DNA of 64,000 nt from Setoptus koraiensis (taxonomy: Eukaryota > Animalia > Arthropoda), in NCBI GenBank assembly GCA_048013815.1, contig CM106585.1, positions 4,712,001 to 4,776,000 on the forward strand, given 5' to 3'. The notes beneath the pieces are model-generated. The model was not told the origin of the DNA, made no database searches, and worked only from the letters and a program-made list of their open reading frames with translations. Position numbers and translations under genes: made by a program. The first letter of the stretch is position 1. Each line of letters begins with the position of its first letter. Below are positions 1 to 13,490 of this stretch, one piece after another.

Positions 1-280
1 GTGCCGGAAGGGCTCGCCAGCGAGCCACACAAATGTTCGGCTCGAGTGGGGCCAGTGCCCATTATGATGTTGCCTGCATTGTTGTTGCATAATATTCCTG
101 GAATTGTACACCATCTGGCCGGAGCTAGTTTATCCTTGGCAAGATCTCAGCTTCAATTAATTATATTGTGTGTTTGTGTGTGTTCACTTATGTATTTAAC
201 CTCTCATGTTATGGTTTCCGAGAGGGGCATTTAGCCGTTTCAGTAATTTGCCAGCGGTACAGTTGTACGGTATTGTAATA

Positions 281-350
281 TACTCGCATATATTCGCATA
301 TACTCGCATATAGTCGCGTATGCTCGCGTATATACGCGTATACACGCGCA
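281..350. repeat. Degenerate 10-bp minisatellite (7 units, TACTCGCATA grading to TACACGCGCA)
   Basis: Units at 10-bp period: tactcgcata, tattcgcata, tactcgcata, tagtcgcgta, tgctcgcgta, tatacgcgta, tacacgcgca. Confidence 0.85.
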
Positions 351-3300
351 CATATGAGTACGCGCGCTCATTAGTGCTACAGCACCATGATACCAGCAAT
401 ATATTACACCTTTGCCCAATGTCGAGTCGGCTCTTGGGGCCCCAATGCGCCCCAATTGTGCCTGGCCATGCAACAATGGATGAAGCACAATTTCGCGCAA
501 TTTTGTATGCGCGCCAAGCATGCAGATACTGCCCATATGGTATTGCTAATAGGAAGCAAATCTTCGCCGTTGTTCCGTTGTTATCGCCAAAATAAGGGCA
601 ATAAATTATCTAGTAGTAGTAGTTTGTTCATTGAAATTTAATTAAAATAGTCGAGCCAACAGTCATGATGATATTTGATTATTTGTCATACTAGCGACAC
701 ACAATATACGACACTACGGTTGTGACAGCTCATCACTCTAAGCCGAGGCCAGCTGCGCCGACACAAAAACAAACCAGTAACCGGCAACAGCGGCCCCGAC
801 TTTAGTTGTGCGATATGAATGAAATATTGTTCGTATCGCGCTGCTGCCACTGCCAGCCTCAACCGATGTGCCCGTCTCAAAAAATCTCTCGGCCCCACTG
901 ACAATAATGCCATTTTCTAGTCGCTTTTTGGCGCGCACGCGCGCAGGCGCTTTTGTTTGGTTCGCCATGAAGCGAAATGAAATGGAGAAAAAATAGCAAA
1001 AGGGTTAAGTGACAAGTAGTCAGCCGAACAAAATTTTTGGTCATTGTGTATCATCAGTGCGACGCAACTTGGAAAACGAGCCCCCTTTGAGCCAGGCCCG
1101 CGGATAAAACGAGCAGCAGGATAAAATGCCCAAAGAAAGAGCTCGAGAATATCACAATCATTTATTCTTGTCACGCCTACGCGCGAACCCCATCCAAGCT
1201 TGCCATCGAGCGGAAGTTCATTAAAGAATCAAATTGCGTAGGTGTGCGCGAGCGCGCTATTACCGATGGGTGACCAATGCGGGCCCCAGCCAGCAGATAC
1301 CAGCTAAACGGCTGGCGCAATTCTTTGCTATTTTGCGAACGATTCCGCCAGTTAGAGCGAGAGAAACAAGTTGAATGGAAAAAAGAAAGAGCGTTCGCTT
1401 TTGTTGGGACCTGGCGCATTTTTTTCATGCGCTCGCAACGCTTGAACTGTGGACATTCCTTCCTTGGACTATAGCGTTCAGGTGGCGACACTGCGACAAG
1501 TTCTTAGTAATGAAAAAAGCCAGCACGGCAAGTAGCTATTTATGGCGATTGAAAAAAAGCCAAGCGAAACTGAGCGAAACTAAGCGAAACGAAACAAGCC
1601 AACTAACGAACGAACATTACGGAATGCGAGCGTGCCGATATATTTCACAGTTAATATCGCATTTTGCTTGATCACTGATTCGTAAAACGTCTAGACAAGC
1701 CATAACTAGCCCGATGTTTGTGATGTGTGAAGTGTTTGAATGGGCCCCGGGCCGGCGCTTCATTGAATAGATAACATTCATACGAATTGCATCTCAAGGC
1801 CGACGATTTATCACTGATAACCTATCGTTTTTGATGCGAAAACGATGATAACCTGATAAGCGACAACCGGCAAATCGTCATTGTCTGGCCTGTATTAATG
1901 CTGTTAGCCGACGATAATTCACAATTCACAGTTGATAAGTATATTATTGTAGCTAACCAGCCAACTACTATCGTTCGGCAAATCTAACGAACCTTTCCCA
2001 GTGGAATCATCAGCGGATTTGTGCCTAATTTGATTCGAAAAAATCCCACCGAAAGGTGGAATGGATTCTTTCGAAGAGTCGTCTAGACACTGTTCCAGGG
2101 GACCAGACCCAAATGCAGACAACCAACACAGAGAAAAAACGGGCTGAAATTCGGGCACAAATTAAACGTCACTATCAATGATTATCAGTTAAATCACGAT
2201 TCCGATCGAAATCACACCGGAAAAGACGGACTGATCTCTTATCAGGCCATAAACCAACCAAGCTTCCTTTTCGGGCGAGCAACGACCAATTGAAGGACCC
2301 CGACATCACCTGATCGCATCTCGATGGGCCTGAATGGTCGTTTTTGTTGTCGCTTATTTGCTCTAAGTTTACAGCCGTATTTATCTAGTGGTTTCGATCG
2401 AAACGATTGAATAATTCAATTTGATGAATGTTTTGTTACAGTGTATAATATTTGTCGGTGCCCTGGGTGCCCCTGTGTACCTGTCCGCTATCAGTTTGAG
2501 CGCAATCACCCGATCGCTTGTGTGGAGGCGACCAGGCGACAACGCATGCGATATGTAAGATAATGAAATGGGCCTCATATTATGGGGATTGTTTATTTGT
2601 ACGGACTTGTACGAATAAAGACGGTAAGAATGTAAATTGTGCAACAATGGGCAACAATAAGTAAATAGTTGCCAATTCATATATTGGCCACTGCGCTAGG
2701 GCGTGCAATAGGGCAAAATTGTCTATTTAGTGCGACAACAAAGTAAATATATAGACATCCACGGAATTGATTTGATTTTGCTGCGTCTACCGAGGCCATA
2801 CCGAAGTTGTTTGTTAGCTCATTTATTGTTAATCCTGTTATACTGTTGCTGTCGAGCTTATCATTGGGCTGACTTTTGATGAGGCGTCTGAGGCAACTCT
2901 TGAGTTTGGGCCTCACCTCGGCACCACACGTGTAGCGTTTGGGTGCGCTCGCACAGGGGGCACGGGCAAATTTCAACCGACGGTGCATCCTGAAACAATA
3001 TTTGTTCATTTGACACAGGGGGCCAGTCAAGAAGGCAATTACTGGCCTAACCAGCTTGCTCTATTTGTGCGCTAACTTTGGACCGACACGACTCTCATTG
3101 TCACAATGGCAGTTAAGTTCAATTTATTCGCTTTGATCAGCATTTATTTGGGCACCGGGCAACACGAGGCAACTTTTGGGGCGCTCGCAAGCTTTGCGGC
3201 GGCGGCGGCGGCGGGCCCCCGAAAGCGCTGTGGATACATGCGGAACGTACGCACGAGCAACTAGCAACGAGCAACGAGCACGGGCTAGTGGCTACTTTGC

Positions 3301-3849
3301 GGACCAAAAACAAGCGCTCATCAGCGCTCTGTAGCGTTTTATTACCATTATGTGTTGGTGATGTTTTTGGTTAAAACTGGCCCAAATTTGCTCCATTAGA
3401 TAAACTTGCTAGCTTGCCAATGTGGGCTAGAAAATTGAATTATTCGCGCAAAGTAGCGACAATCTCCCAACCCGCTCAACTGTTACTGTCTATACGGTGT
3501 GCCAGTCGCTTTTGACAGCAGGGACCCTTATGTGTGTGTGTGTGTGTGTGTTGTGCATGTTGTTGCCGGAGGGACATAGCGACTTGGCGGTGGCGGCGGC
3601 GCTATGTCCCTCGGTTGCTCGTGCAAAGGCACAGGTTGGCTCGCGCTCTAGTTATCAGCGAACGGGCCAGACTTATCTTGCGAACAACCACTCAGAGTTG
3701 TTCGAGTAGCTGGCTTGCGATGGTGGCACAAGAACAACAAACAATGGCGCGCTGGCTTGCGCCCCTCATCGCGGTTGTCGTTACCGTGTGCCGGCGGTTG
3801 TCGTTGTTGGGGCGCTGTTGCCGTGTTCGTTGTATATTTATTGATCTTA

Positions 3850-3914
3850 TCACACGCACACGCGCACGCACACGCACACACACACCCGCACACACACGCA
3901 CACACACGCACACA
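3850..3914. repeat. Interrupted (CA)n/(CACG)n microsatellite
   Basis: Directly visible; explains the HT/RV/CV-rich ORFs in several frames here. Confidence 0.85.
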
Positions 3915-4381
3915 AGTAGCCGAGCTCTCACAAAGTTGCTGGCTCTTCATTATCGGTGCGCCATTACGCAACGCAGCTCAATATAACGCGCGTTCTCTGT
4001 GCACAGGTGAGCTTGTGTGATATATGTGCTGCGTTCCGTTTGTGCGAATCCAATCGGAGTACGTTGGCCATAAATACACTAGCTCTGCCTCTCTCGCTAC
4101 TCGTATTTCCAGCGCTGACTAGCTTACCATCGGACGATAAGCTAGTCAGTGAAAATAACACACACGCGGCGGGAGATAAACACACGACGAAATGTGCACA
4201 AACTCATACTTTTCGCCAGGCCTTTTATGGAAATGAAGATGCGCGCCCGGTTACGCGCGTTACGCAATTCGCCTCCGTTGGGCGGCCCGAACGCTGGCGC
4301 TCGGCCGGCGAATTAGTCGGCCGAGCTACACAATGTCCAAATGTAGTGCTGCCAATTGCATTTATTCGCATATATTCCATT

Positions 4382-4443
4382 ACACACACACACACACACA
4401 CACACACTAGCGACACTAGCGACACTAGCGACACTAGCGACAC
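4382..4443. repeat. Compound repeat: (AC)13 followed by four perfect 9-mers TAGCGACAC
   Basis: AC run 4382-4407; TAGCGACAC at 4408, 4417, 4426, 4435. Confidence 0.9.
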
Positions 4444-4675
4444 AGGTAGCCCGAAAGTGGGTGCATTCAGCGGGCCCCGTTTGAGTGTGTTGTCCGGACT
4501 GGCGAGCTAGCGACCATATGAGCTGCTTGTGTCACCGCCGTGGTCGCTGTTGTCGTGCGCGTCGCTGCCAGCGTTGACAAACAACAGCGCTCGGCAACAT
4601 CCACGGCGCACACACATTATCCGATCTTGCCAAATGGTTGCACTTGCCGAAATAACGTTACACCGTCGCCAGTTG

Positions 4676-4735
4676 CTGCTGTTGTTTTTGTTTTCGTTGT
4701 TGTTGTTGCTGCTGCTGTTGTTGTTGTTGCTGTTG
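4676..4735. repeat. (GTT/GCT)n trinucleotide microsatellite
   Basis: Directly visible; source of the poly-L/poly-N/poly-V spurious ORFs. Confidence 0.85.
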
Positions 4736-7700
4736 TATGCAAAACTCATACTGACACAAGCATCCAAATGAATATTACTAACAACAACGCTCGGCGGCTC
4801 CGTGTGTCGACCACATGACGCCATTGACAGCGACAAAAAACAAATCCCGACCAACACAATACACGCCTACAGTATCCATAGTGCGTGATATATTGAGTGG
4901 GGCCCGCTCGAGCCAGCCATCATTGTCAGTCCGAGAGATTTCCTTGTTCAACCGGCATTTTGAGCCAAATATTTTCAAGAACAAAATAACCGAAAAAATT
5001 TATTTGTTTATTCACTCGAATATTTTCAATATTTTCTAACACAACTTTAAAGTTGACAAGCCCACACACGCCAAATGGCACACAGCTTGCCACACAGTTC
5101 CTAAGTGTCAAAGCCTCGCAATCACGAACCGAATCGTGTATTTTTATCAACAGATCCCATTCAATCTATCCGAGCCATATTGTCGATATTCCTCGCAAAT
5201 GGTGGCCTCGCAAAGTTCCAACTACTCGAGGGCGTTTTTCGGTCACCGAAACACCCAAAATTCGCCCCAAGATATGGTCACGATGTTTTCATTTCAGTGC
5301 CCAGATAATTTTTTTTTTCTTTCAATCACAACCAAACCTAAATTGTGTAATGTTGAGGGCGCAAACAAGAAAAAATGTCTCTATTGGCAGCTGGTGGCAA
5401 AACAAGTCCGCCAGTTGTTTCGAGCACATTCCGTTGTTGCTTGTCCCGCAGCTATCTTTAGTGCGACATGGACGCTATAACACTGATTCCAATTGAGGGA
5501 TCCGTCACTGTTCTGTGTGAGGCCTCCAAGGCAACGAGTTTCCTAGCGCTTCTACTGGCTCTAAAATTTGTCTCCATCTTTGCCCTTATATCCACGGGCA
5601 AAATCCTCGATTTTTTCAGAATGCGCACCAAATCAATAGATCAAAGAAAGCATTGTTGACGACATCAAACGGTCAAAAAATCCGGTCAGCTTAATCTTTG
5701 GACAATTAAATTTACAAAACAAAAGCCTCACGTCATGGTTTTTCCCTTAGTTGCGGGCTGGACAATGAAAAATAACAGAGCACGCTAGAGGCTGCGATTT
5801 TTCGCCGCAGCTCATCAATCACTCGTGTTCTTGCAAAAATTGATGCCATCTACTACACATCTCAGGCCCAGCGTCTGATGTGACTGCGCTCACGAACGGT
5901 CCGTGAGCCTACCAGATGTCGTCAGGCAAAGTATTTAAAAAGAATTTCTTTTCCGACCACGAGCATGGGATTTCTCACCCAAAAACGAGCTTTACGCATG
6001 GCTCGACTTCCGAACAGTAGATGAAAAAAGAAAGCAAAATCAGCTCTTTTTTCGAGAGTCCACTAAAATGATTCATAGCGAGGGGCCATTCCTTGCGGAA
6101 ATCTTTTCATTTTTGGCTCTGTTGCACTTTTTTCGGTGAGAAATTTTGTTTTTTATCCGATTAGCGAGATATATCACAGAAATCATTTCTTTCTTTTTCT
6201 GGCGACAATAATAAAAGGTTAAGAGCGAATGAAAATTTCCCGGCTGGATCCAGCGTCTCTGTGTTCGGGGCTAACATCGGCAGCGATAAACACAACGACA
6301 ATAATTATTGGATGAACTGACTAGATCTTAGAGACTAAACGAAAAACAAATTTGAGGCAAAAAGGAAAGAGTTTATGAGAGAAAACAGAGAGAGAAAAAT
6401 ACTCGATCATCATTGAAAATGGATGCGTGTGTTTACGATGCTGACAATGGTCCATGATCACGACAACAGTTTCATGTGTATCCATGCCAAGATAGTATCC
6501 GAGCGACGACGACCAAGATGAGAGGCTTACCTGCCCTCGACACTAACACTTTTGGTGGGTTCATGTGTGCGCAAATATCGCCATGTCGGCTGGAACCAAC
6601 TCGATTATTATTATCCCTTAATGCGAGCACATATTTCTAATATCGTGCACTTTGTTAGATGGCGGCTCCGTGGCGAGTTGTTATTGGGGCGATGATAGAA
6701 CGGATGAGAGAGTGATTGCGAGTGAGAATAGAGTGCGTGCAACCTAAATATCACGTTGAGCCGAAGGGGGCTCTAAGCGGGTCAAATCTGGCCAAACTAA
6801 CAAACTGGATGATGAAATCATTGAAAATAAGCTCATCTGGCCAACTTAATCGTTGGCCCGCTTGCTCTCTCGCTAGCTTTCCAAGATCTAGATGGAATTT
6901 CGCTCGTGTGTGTGTGTGTATTCATTGAGTAAATACGCGCAACAACAAAAATTTCTACAATTGATTGAGCTTCAATCATCACCGAGGCTCCCTCGTCGAG
7001 CTCTCTTATCTGCACGCTCACATGTATTAATGGTATTACGCGCGCCATGAATTCATAGTTCATCCAATAGAGTGACGACAAATGCCGCGATGCTCCCAAA
7101 TACACACACACACACACACACTCACATAATATATAATAATATTAACATAATTACACATACTATATAGTATGTACTATTTAGTGCAACACGCATATAGCTC
7201 ACTAGATGCTACATGCTAGACAAGGTGAATCGAGGTTGATTTGCATAAACTGTCTAATGGCTCGAGCATGTAGCTCGCCAGCCGTGAACTTGCTCGAGCA
7301 ACGGGCCCATTTGCTCCCTTTGGCCAGAGTTACCTCGATGTTATTCATTCATCTTATCTTGGTGGCTGTCTCGCTCGCTGTTGGCGTTGTCTAGTCAGGG
7401 CGAGCGATACTTGTTCACTATTGGCACATGATTGGCATCTCACAACCAATCTAAACCATTTGACCCCTTTGCCAAGGCTCTCGGATGTATATGGCGTAGT
7501 GCATAGTCTCGTATTCATCTGTGCGTTCCATTGATTTTCGTCGTACGGCACTGGGGCCCGTATAAGCGACCACCTGTCACTTGAAATCGTGCATAAAGTA
7601 TCGAGTCGCGCCTCACTTGCGAATTGCGCAAATCGCAAACTGTAAATGCCGAGCGCTCGTGAGTTATGCCACGCGCCACCATTCTGGCAACCTTAGCCCG

Positions 7701-9797
7701 ATTTGTACCTCTGTAGCCCCGGGGCAGGCTTGCAAGTCTGACTGAGCGGCCGGGCCGGACGGCCCCCATTTGTGGGGCAAACCGGCAAACCGGCAAACGC
7801 GCCCAGAGCAAACAACAATGGCATAAACAATTAGCACATCGATCATGATGAATAATCAAGTCCTGAGTGCGAGAATTAATTAACTAATCAACTATACATA
7901 ATGGGCAGCCTGCTAATGTTGCTCGCAAACATGGCTGCTCGTCCATAAACTGCGCCGCCACATTATCGGGCTCTTGAGGCGCCCGACGTGACGATCGGAC
8001 ATCAATATAGTGCATGCAATTTGGTTTGTGACACCACTGGCGCCATTAATTACTAAATTATATAATCATCGCTGCTGACATTATTATGCTGACCGGCGGT
8101 CGTTTCGGTGGGGCCGCTCTCGCATGTGATCATCGTCGCGTCTGAGCGTTTTCAAAGTTTAATCAAGTACATCAAATGTATCGTCATCATTTGGCAATAT
8201 ACAATATGTAATACATCATCGTGTTCTCCACATAGCAGGCCGGGCAAATGGGGCCGAGCCAAGTGTGAGAGTGATCGATTGTCGAAATTGCCCTGTCACT
8301 TGGAGTGTTTGCTGTTTGGCCAACACGACAGATAACAAACAACAAATTGTTAGTAACTATGTTGTTTATCCTCTATCCGACCCAGTCCGTCAGCAACAAT
8401 TCTACTATTGCCCCCTGTCCCCTCGGGCTAGCCTTGCTGGCTCTTTATTCACCTCTGGGCACTCGTCATTCGCTATTTCTCATTCTCGTTATCGCTCCCA
8501 CAAACTTGCTGATGGCGAACAGATGCTCGTTAAAGGCAACTAGGCTGGTATTTGTCTGATTTTCGTGTCTGCGGGTTAGGATGTCTTTGCTGCAAAGGCT
8601 TGGCTTTTGTCAAGTCATGATGATCTAGTTTGTTGGTTGTTGGCGCAATGTTGTGCACTGTTTTACAACATTGTACAATATTGAGCCACAACGGCAACTG
8701 AGAAATATACAGATGGCACACTCACATGAGCATTAGGCATCATAAAATGGTGCCATATGAGATCTAAACTAGATAGTCGACACGAGCAGTGGCTTGCTGC
8801 CAGTATTCCAATTTCGCTCGGCTTAGCCAGCTTGCTAGATTGATAACCGCTGGCAAAAAGCGAGCATATAGCGCGTTGTGATGCTGGGCTATTTTCAACA
8901 ATTTCTATGTGGGGCACAAAAGTAATGATTCGAAATAGGAGCAGCAAAAAAGAGTTAGAGAGAGAGTATTGTCAGCTAGTGGCAGTGACCTCTTTCGGCT
9001 CTGGGCCGCTTTGTTGTTGTTATGTGTTCTGGAACGTTTAATGACACGTTTTCAACGTTATTCAATTGGGCAGCATTTTTAATAGACAGGCAGACAGTTG
9101 GGTTCAGTTTTGCACAACAGTTTACGTAGCATTACAATGGATCGTCGTCTCACAAAAAAAAAGAGACCCGAGAATGATGCTCGGTTCATTGCATGGGCGA
9201 AGCTGTATATTTACACGGGTAATCGATATGGCTCTAACATTTCCCTCTTATAGTCGAAATCGGCCTATCTGACATACGACCCAGATAGAGAAAACCGAAA
9301 AATGATGAGGAAAAAATAATGGGCGCCATCAACTTTTAATTTGCAGTGATGGTCAAGCAAGTCAAAGCGATCAGCGAACAATTCAGACGTGAATGGAAAA
9401 AATGAGGCTAATCCCATTAGGAAACAAGTGCGAAATCATGTTGTGTGTAGCAGTGATTTTCACTAACAATCACGAACACGTCGAATCTGGCAAGCTATTT
9501 CGAATAAAATGTTCTGTTTCAGAAAACATAAAATTTGTCCACTCGGATCAATCGGATAACTACAGTGCAGTTGGCATCGCAATTAGTGAATTTTATCGGA
9601 TGAGCTTACAGATCCGAGCCCACGGAAAAATTTACGATAGCAACGGTGGATAACGCATGTCTGACCAGATGTACATTTCCTAGCAGCTCGCTTTCAACTT
9701 GCCACATACGCACAAAAAAATTCCCAGAGGAATAAGTTGTTTTCCATCTTTCAGCTAAAGTCTCTTGGCGTGAGAGATTTTTTTCACTTTCCTCGAC

Positions 9798-10151
9798 TCA
9801 TGCTTGTTTTTGGCCTCTAGTGATGCCGTACAGTTGCTCCAATTTTTTCAACCTCTCCTCTGCAGCATCCAGCTTGACACCAAAATTCTCAATCTGTGTT
9901 TTTCTTTCGTTCAAGTTTCTAGTCATTGTATCAATCGCTCCTTTGAATACGCCATTCTTCTTCTCTAATGCATCTAAAGCCTGTTGACGCTTCGAAACCA
10001 AACCTATTTGATGTTCTAGTTCTTTCCTATCATTCGCGTCCTCTTGCCTCGCGTCTAGATCTGTATATGTACAAAAATACGAGGCCAAAATAGACAATAT
10101 AAACAGAGATGCTAATCCCATAGGCATGATGTTTACCTTGATCACGGTCAT
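9798..10151 (-). CDS. Small secreted or signal-anchored coiled-coil protein A (117 aa; start could be a downstream Met)
   Basis: Hydrophobic N-terminus (MGLASLFILSILASYFCT), then a charged heptad-like helix (KELEHQIGLVSKRQQALDALEKK...LDAAEERLKKLEQL); intronless; TATA-like ATATAAATAG at 10336-10345 upstream. Confidence 0.75.
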   Translation of the reverse strand: MTVIKVNIMPMGLASLFILSILASYFCTYTDLDARQEDANDRKELEHQIGLVSKRQQALDALEKKNGVFKGAIDTMTRNLNERKTQIENFGVKLDAAEERLKKLEQLYGITRGQKQA

Positions 10152-10387
10152 TCTAAATAAAGAACCTATACGTGTGGATTCTATTAATTTCTATTAATTC
10201 GCCAACTGGTAGCCTTCGCTTGTTTGAAGAGTGTGTATTGAGTTAATATTAACACGGTGTACCAAAATCACAGATTTCAAGTAGTCTCATGTATGCTTCT
10301 TGTTGTTTTGTTTTCAGTTTTTTATGCCAGAGAATCTATTTATATCTGTCCAATTCGTCAGGGAGTTGGTGTAATATCGAATGCATA

Positions 10388-10420
<33 letters not shown>

Positions 10421-11093
10421 CGAAATAATTCTTATTTTTCGACAGGTGAATAAAATTTGCTAGCTTCTGAATGCTGCAGAGAATCTTATTGATTGCGCTT
10501 TAGCCAGAGAAGCAAACCTAAGATATTCTTGCATAGTGAATAGCAAACACATCTCATGTGCATTATATTGCATTAGAGGATATCTGTTTGATTCTCAACG
10601 ACACATTGATGTGATAGGTTAGTAGTTAGATATTTTATTTATTGTCGAATCGTCGAGTCCAATCAATTCTTTATGCAAAGATCCGAAGTGTGTGAGGTTG
10701 AGTTGCGCCCGCCTAGATGGCAGCCCTGTCTACACACTTTCTCACTAATCTTATGGTCCAGAATAGTGCGTGATGGGGTCCCGTTCCCTCGGGATAGAAC
10801 AAAATAACCGTTCACCATAATAGAGAGGAAGTTTCATAATACGAATTGATCGAAACAACGAAACATCCAAGACGATCCGTTGACCACTGACAATTCGGTA
10901 TTGATGGTAACTTGTTGGTTAGCGATGACCCTCCCCAGATCCCTTATCGATGTTGCCTGGGCAGCGAGCCTCATCCAGTTCGCCGGTATCTTTCTAACTT
11001 TTAGTTGTAGATATTCGAGAAATGAATACCACGGTCATCAATAGATGGTCAGTGAAATGATATCAAAAACCATTGCATCATTTGGATGATTAT

Positions 11094-11402
11094 TCATTGT
11101 GACAGCTTCAGCATGCATAGTGCAGGATCGGGCACAACCATACATGTCTTCAGATCTTTTACGTCTTTGTTCATACGATTCAAGGCATCCTGGATATTGG
11201 CTAGCTTTTCATTGACCCTCTCCATGCTTCGCTCAAACTCTGATTCCAATGCATTTTTATTGAACCCATCGAATTCCCCTTCATTTTGAATCACAATTTC
11301 AACTTGATTTGGATCTGATTCCATGTTCGAAGTGGAACAAGATAAGACAAAGTAAAAAAGACTCACCATAATTAGTGAAAGAAATTTGCTCGAGTTATCC
11401 AT
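11094..11402 (-). CDS. Small secreted coiled-coil protein B (102 aa)
   Basis: Signal-like MDNSSKFLSLIMVSLFYFVLSCSTS; heptad helix MERVNEKLANIQDALNRMNKDVKDL; two C-terminal Cys; ATATAAATAG at 11546-11555. Confidence 0.75.
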   Translation of the reverse strand: MDNSSKFLSLIMVSLFYFVLSCSTSNMESDPNQVEIVIQNEGEFDGFNKNALESEFERSMERVNEKLANIQDALNRMNKDVKDLKTCMVVPDPALCMLKLSQ

Positions 11403-11856
11403 TATGAACAGGCGAATGGTACAATTTCAAATTACGGATCGATTGTTAGTTTGAAACAATAAGGGATTAATAGACCTGAATAAAGACAGTACAACTCAAA
11501 TCTATCATGTGCTTTGTCAATCGGTGAAGTCTGATAGACTCTAGTCTATTTATATCTCCAACTACGAGAAAGCGGCGTGAGTACATGACTTTAAGTAAAT
11601 CGATCCGAGCCGGTGTCCATTTTTGTGAGAAATCATTTTTTTTTGTTCTGAAAAAAAAGGTCCTCTCCGATTTTAATCACAAGAAAAGAGCGTCTTAGTT
11701 TTCATCTGATTTTATTCAAATCTACATTGTGTTAGAACGAGTAAAATCATTATAGCATTTATGGTTCTGATAATTTTTCACGATGGAGCCTCCATCGCTG
11801 ATGATGTACCTTGTTATCCAGCTTCCATCATGTCCCTTTATGTATCAGATCTGTAT

Positions 11857-12030
11857 TCATAAGTTCCAAGGATGTTGTACAACTTCCTCATAGGTTTCGC
11901 GACATATTTGATCAAACTCTGACTCACAGGGTTCCTCTTGAACAGTTTCAAACATTCTCCGAGCAAAAGTTAACACAAAGTAGGTTAGACCTGCGATGAG
12001 CAGAAAAATGGTCTTGTTTGAATTCTCCAT
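11857..12030 (-). CDS. Short or truncated paralogue of protein B (57 aa, below the ORF-track cutoff)
   Basis: Manual translation MENSNKTIFLLIAGLTYFVLTFARRMFETVQEEPCESEFDQICRETYEEVVQHPWNL*. Its N-terminus matches B (MDNSSK..YFVL) and ESEFDQ matches ESEFER. TATA-like ATATAAATGG at 12147-12156. May be a pseudogene. Confidence 0.6.
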   Translation of the reverse strand: MENSNKTIFLLIAGLTYFVLTFARRMFETVQEEPCESEFDQICRETYEEVVQHPWNL

Positions 12031-12773
12031 TACGAGTCAGTTAGTGGTATAATCAGGAGTTAACTATTCGATCAATGCTTGCCAGCTAAAATGACTACAA
12101 TTTCATCTGAATTTATCATCGAGAGTGATAAGCTATGACTAACAATCCATTTATATAGTGCAGGTGCAATAACTAAGGTATACTTAAACTCAAAATCGGC
12201 GAATTGACTTTATTTGTTTTTGATCAGGTGATCCGAATTTTTACGAGTTCTTTTGCTATTTTTGAACGGATATTTCTATGACGGAATGGCACTTTTTAAT
12301 TGGCAAAAAGTAACAAAAAATACAACTGGATTCAACGATCCTCGATTGTCGCTGCAAATTGAGCCGGATTGTAGCCGAATCGAATCCAGTTTAGATAACT
12401 GGTAAGATAGGTGAATTTCCATTGGTGTATGCGACCTGGAGAATCTGCCGAGAACAGATAGTCAGGCGCACTAATTTAGGATAAATTCCACCTGATGCAG
12501 TGAAAATTCGCGCATAAACTTGATTGAATGGTAATGATCTTATGTTTTGATCAGCTCCTTCTATGATGAAAGTTTTGTATCTCATCAGCCCCAACTGAGT
12601 TACTATACGATGAAGGTATTCAACCCAGGTGAACGTCAACGACTCCGACCCTTCAGTAATTCTCTACACTGGATCTAATTTCAGCATTATCTTTATTTGT
12701 CTTTGACGACTACAAAAATTTTACTGTTGGATATTTTTTTTTTGTTATGCGATCTCGCCCGAGAATTGTCTTT

Positions 12774-13160
12774 TCAATTCGAGGATTGTTTTGCATCCGG
12801 AATTTTTACCGTCTTTTTTTTCATGTCGATCTGATCTGTGATCTTTTGATTCAAATGAACTAATTTCTCATTGAAAGCGCCCAAGTTCGATTTGAAATCC
12901 TTGACCGATGCCTCTCTTCTGCTCCAATCGGCCTGTGATGCATCTAGTCCCTCTTTGAATTTTTTCAATTTTTCGTTAATTGTTGCACTGTCTTTGGGCA
13001 TGAAATTCCTCAACAAAGATAAGCTCTCTCCGGTGGCCGATCCATCATCTTTCGATTGTTGCTCCTCCACCGAACCGCATGCAACAAATATTGCCAACAA
13101 TGCAGTTGCCAATGTTAACACAGCCAGCAGCAACAACGGATATTTACTCGCAAAGCTCAT
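12774..13160 (-). CDS. Small secreted coiled-coil protein C (128 aa)
   Basis: Strong signal peptide (YPLLLLAVLTLATALLAIFVACG), then an amphipathic K/E/D-rich helix (INEKLKKFKEGL...FNEKLVHLNQKITDQI). Confidence 0.75.
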   Translation of the reverse strand: MSFASKYPLLLLAVLTLATALLAIFVACGSVEEQQSKDDGSATGESLSLLRNFMPKDSATINEKLKKFKEGLDASQADWSRREASVKDFKSNLGAFNEKLVHLNQKITDQIDMKKKTVKIPDAKQSSN

Positions 13161-13490
13161 TGTTACGCGATTGTAGTAGAAAATATGCTGAAGTATAGTG
13201 AGGACAGATTTTGCAATTCTGATAATTTTGTGCAGAATCGAAAAACTATATTTTTCAATGTAGCAACTAGAGTAACTAGAGCGTGCCGACTGAATATCGA
13301 ACCGAGCATTTTGTTCATTCTATTTTTACACATTTAATTTATTCTACCGATCAAGTGGAGCAAGAAATCCTAAAGTCCAAATAAAATGGCTCTTCAGAGG
13401 TTGATCGGAGAACAAGAACAGTGAAATGAATGTTGACGAAAAGGCTGGGAGAAAGGTCTAGCTAATCATTAGATTTTTTTATTTTTTTAT

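Noticed and set aside
1857-2357. 12-bp inverted pair ATAAGCGACAAC/GTTGTCGCTTAT in a GATA-rich stretch as a possible MITE
   Set aside because: The match is too short, with no TSD and no second copy in the window.
3497-4857. Several 70-184-aa ORFs on both strands
   Set aside because: They are translations of CA/TG, 9-mer and GTT/GCT microsatellites, with no recognisable domain or splice logic.
4950-6200. AT-rich segment resembling a decayed transposon or gene
   Set aside because: No TIR, TSD or DDE/RT motif could be found by eye, and all frames are broken.
6520-6575. Minus-strand CAG|GTAAGC donor preceded by a short Met-initiated frame (MNPPKVLVSRA)
   Set aside because: No downstream partner exon could be identified; a single consensus donor is expected by chance.
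10705-10730. CTCF- or YY1-like motifs (CCTAGATGGCAG here; similar in hairpin loops and TCTP upstream blocks)
   Set aside because: Short and degenerate, recurrence is largely explained by duplication, and a binding factor cannot be assigned without a PWM scan and ChIP.
12391-12665. 82-90-codon open frame on the minus strand as a possible second exon of protein C
   Set aside because: The acceptor lacks a pyrimidine tract and the sequence is unrecognised; splicing is unsupported.
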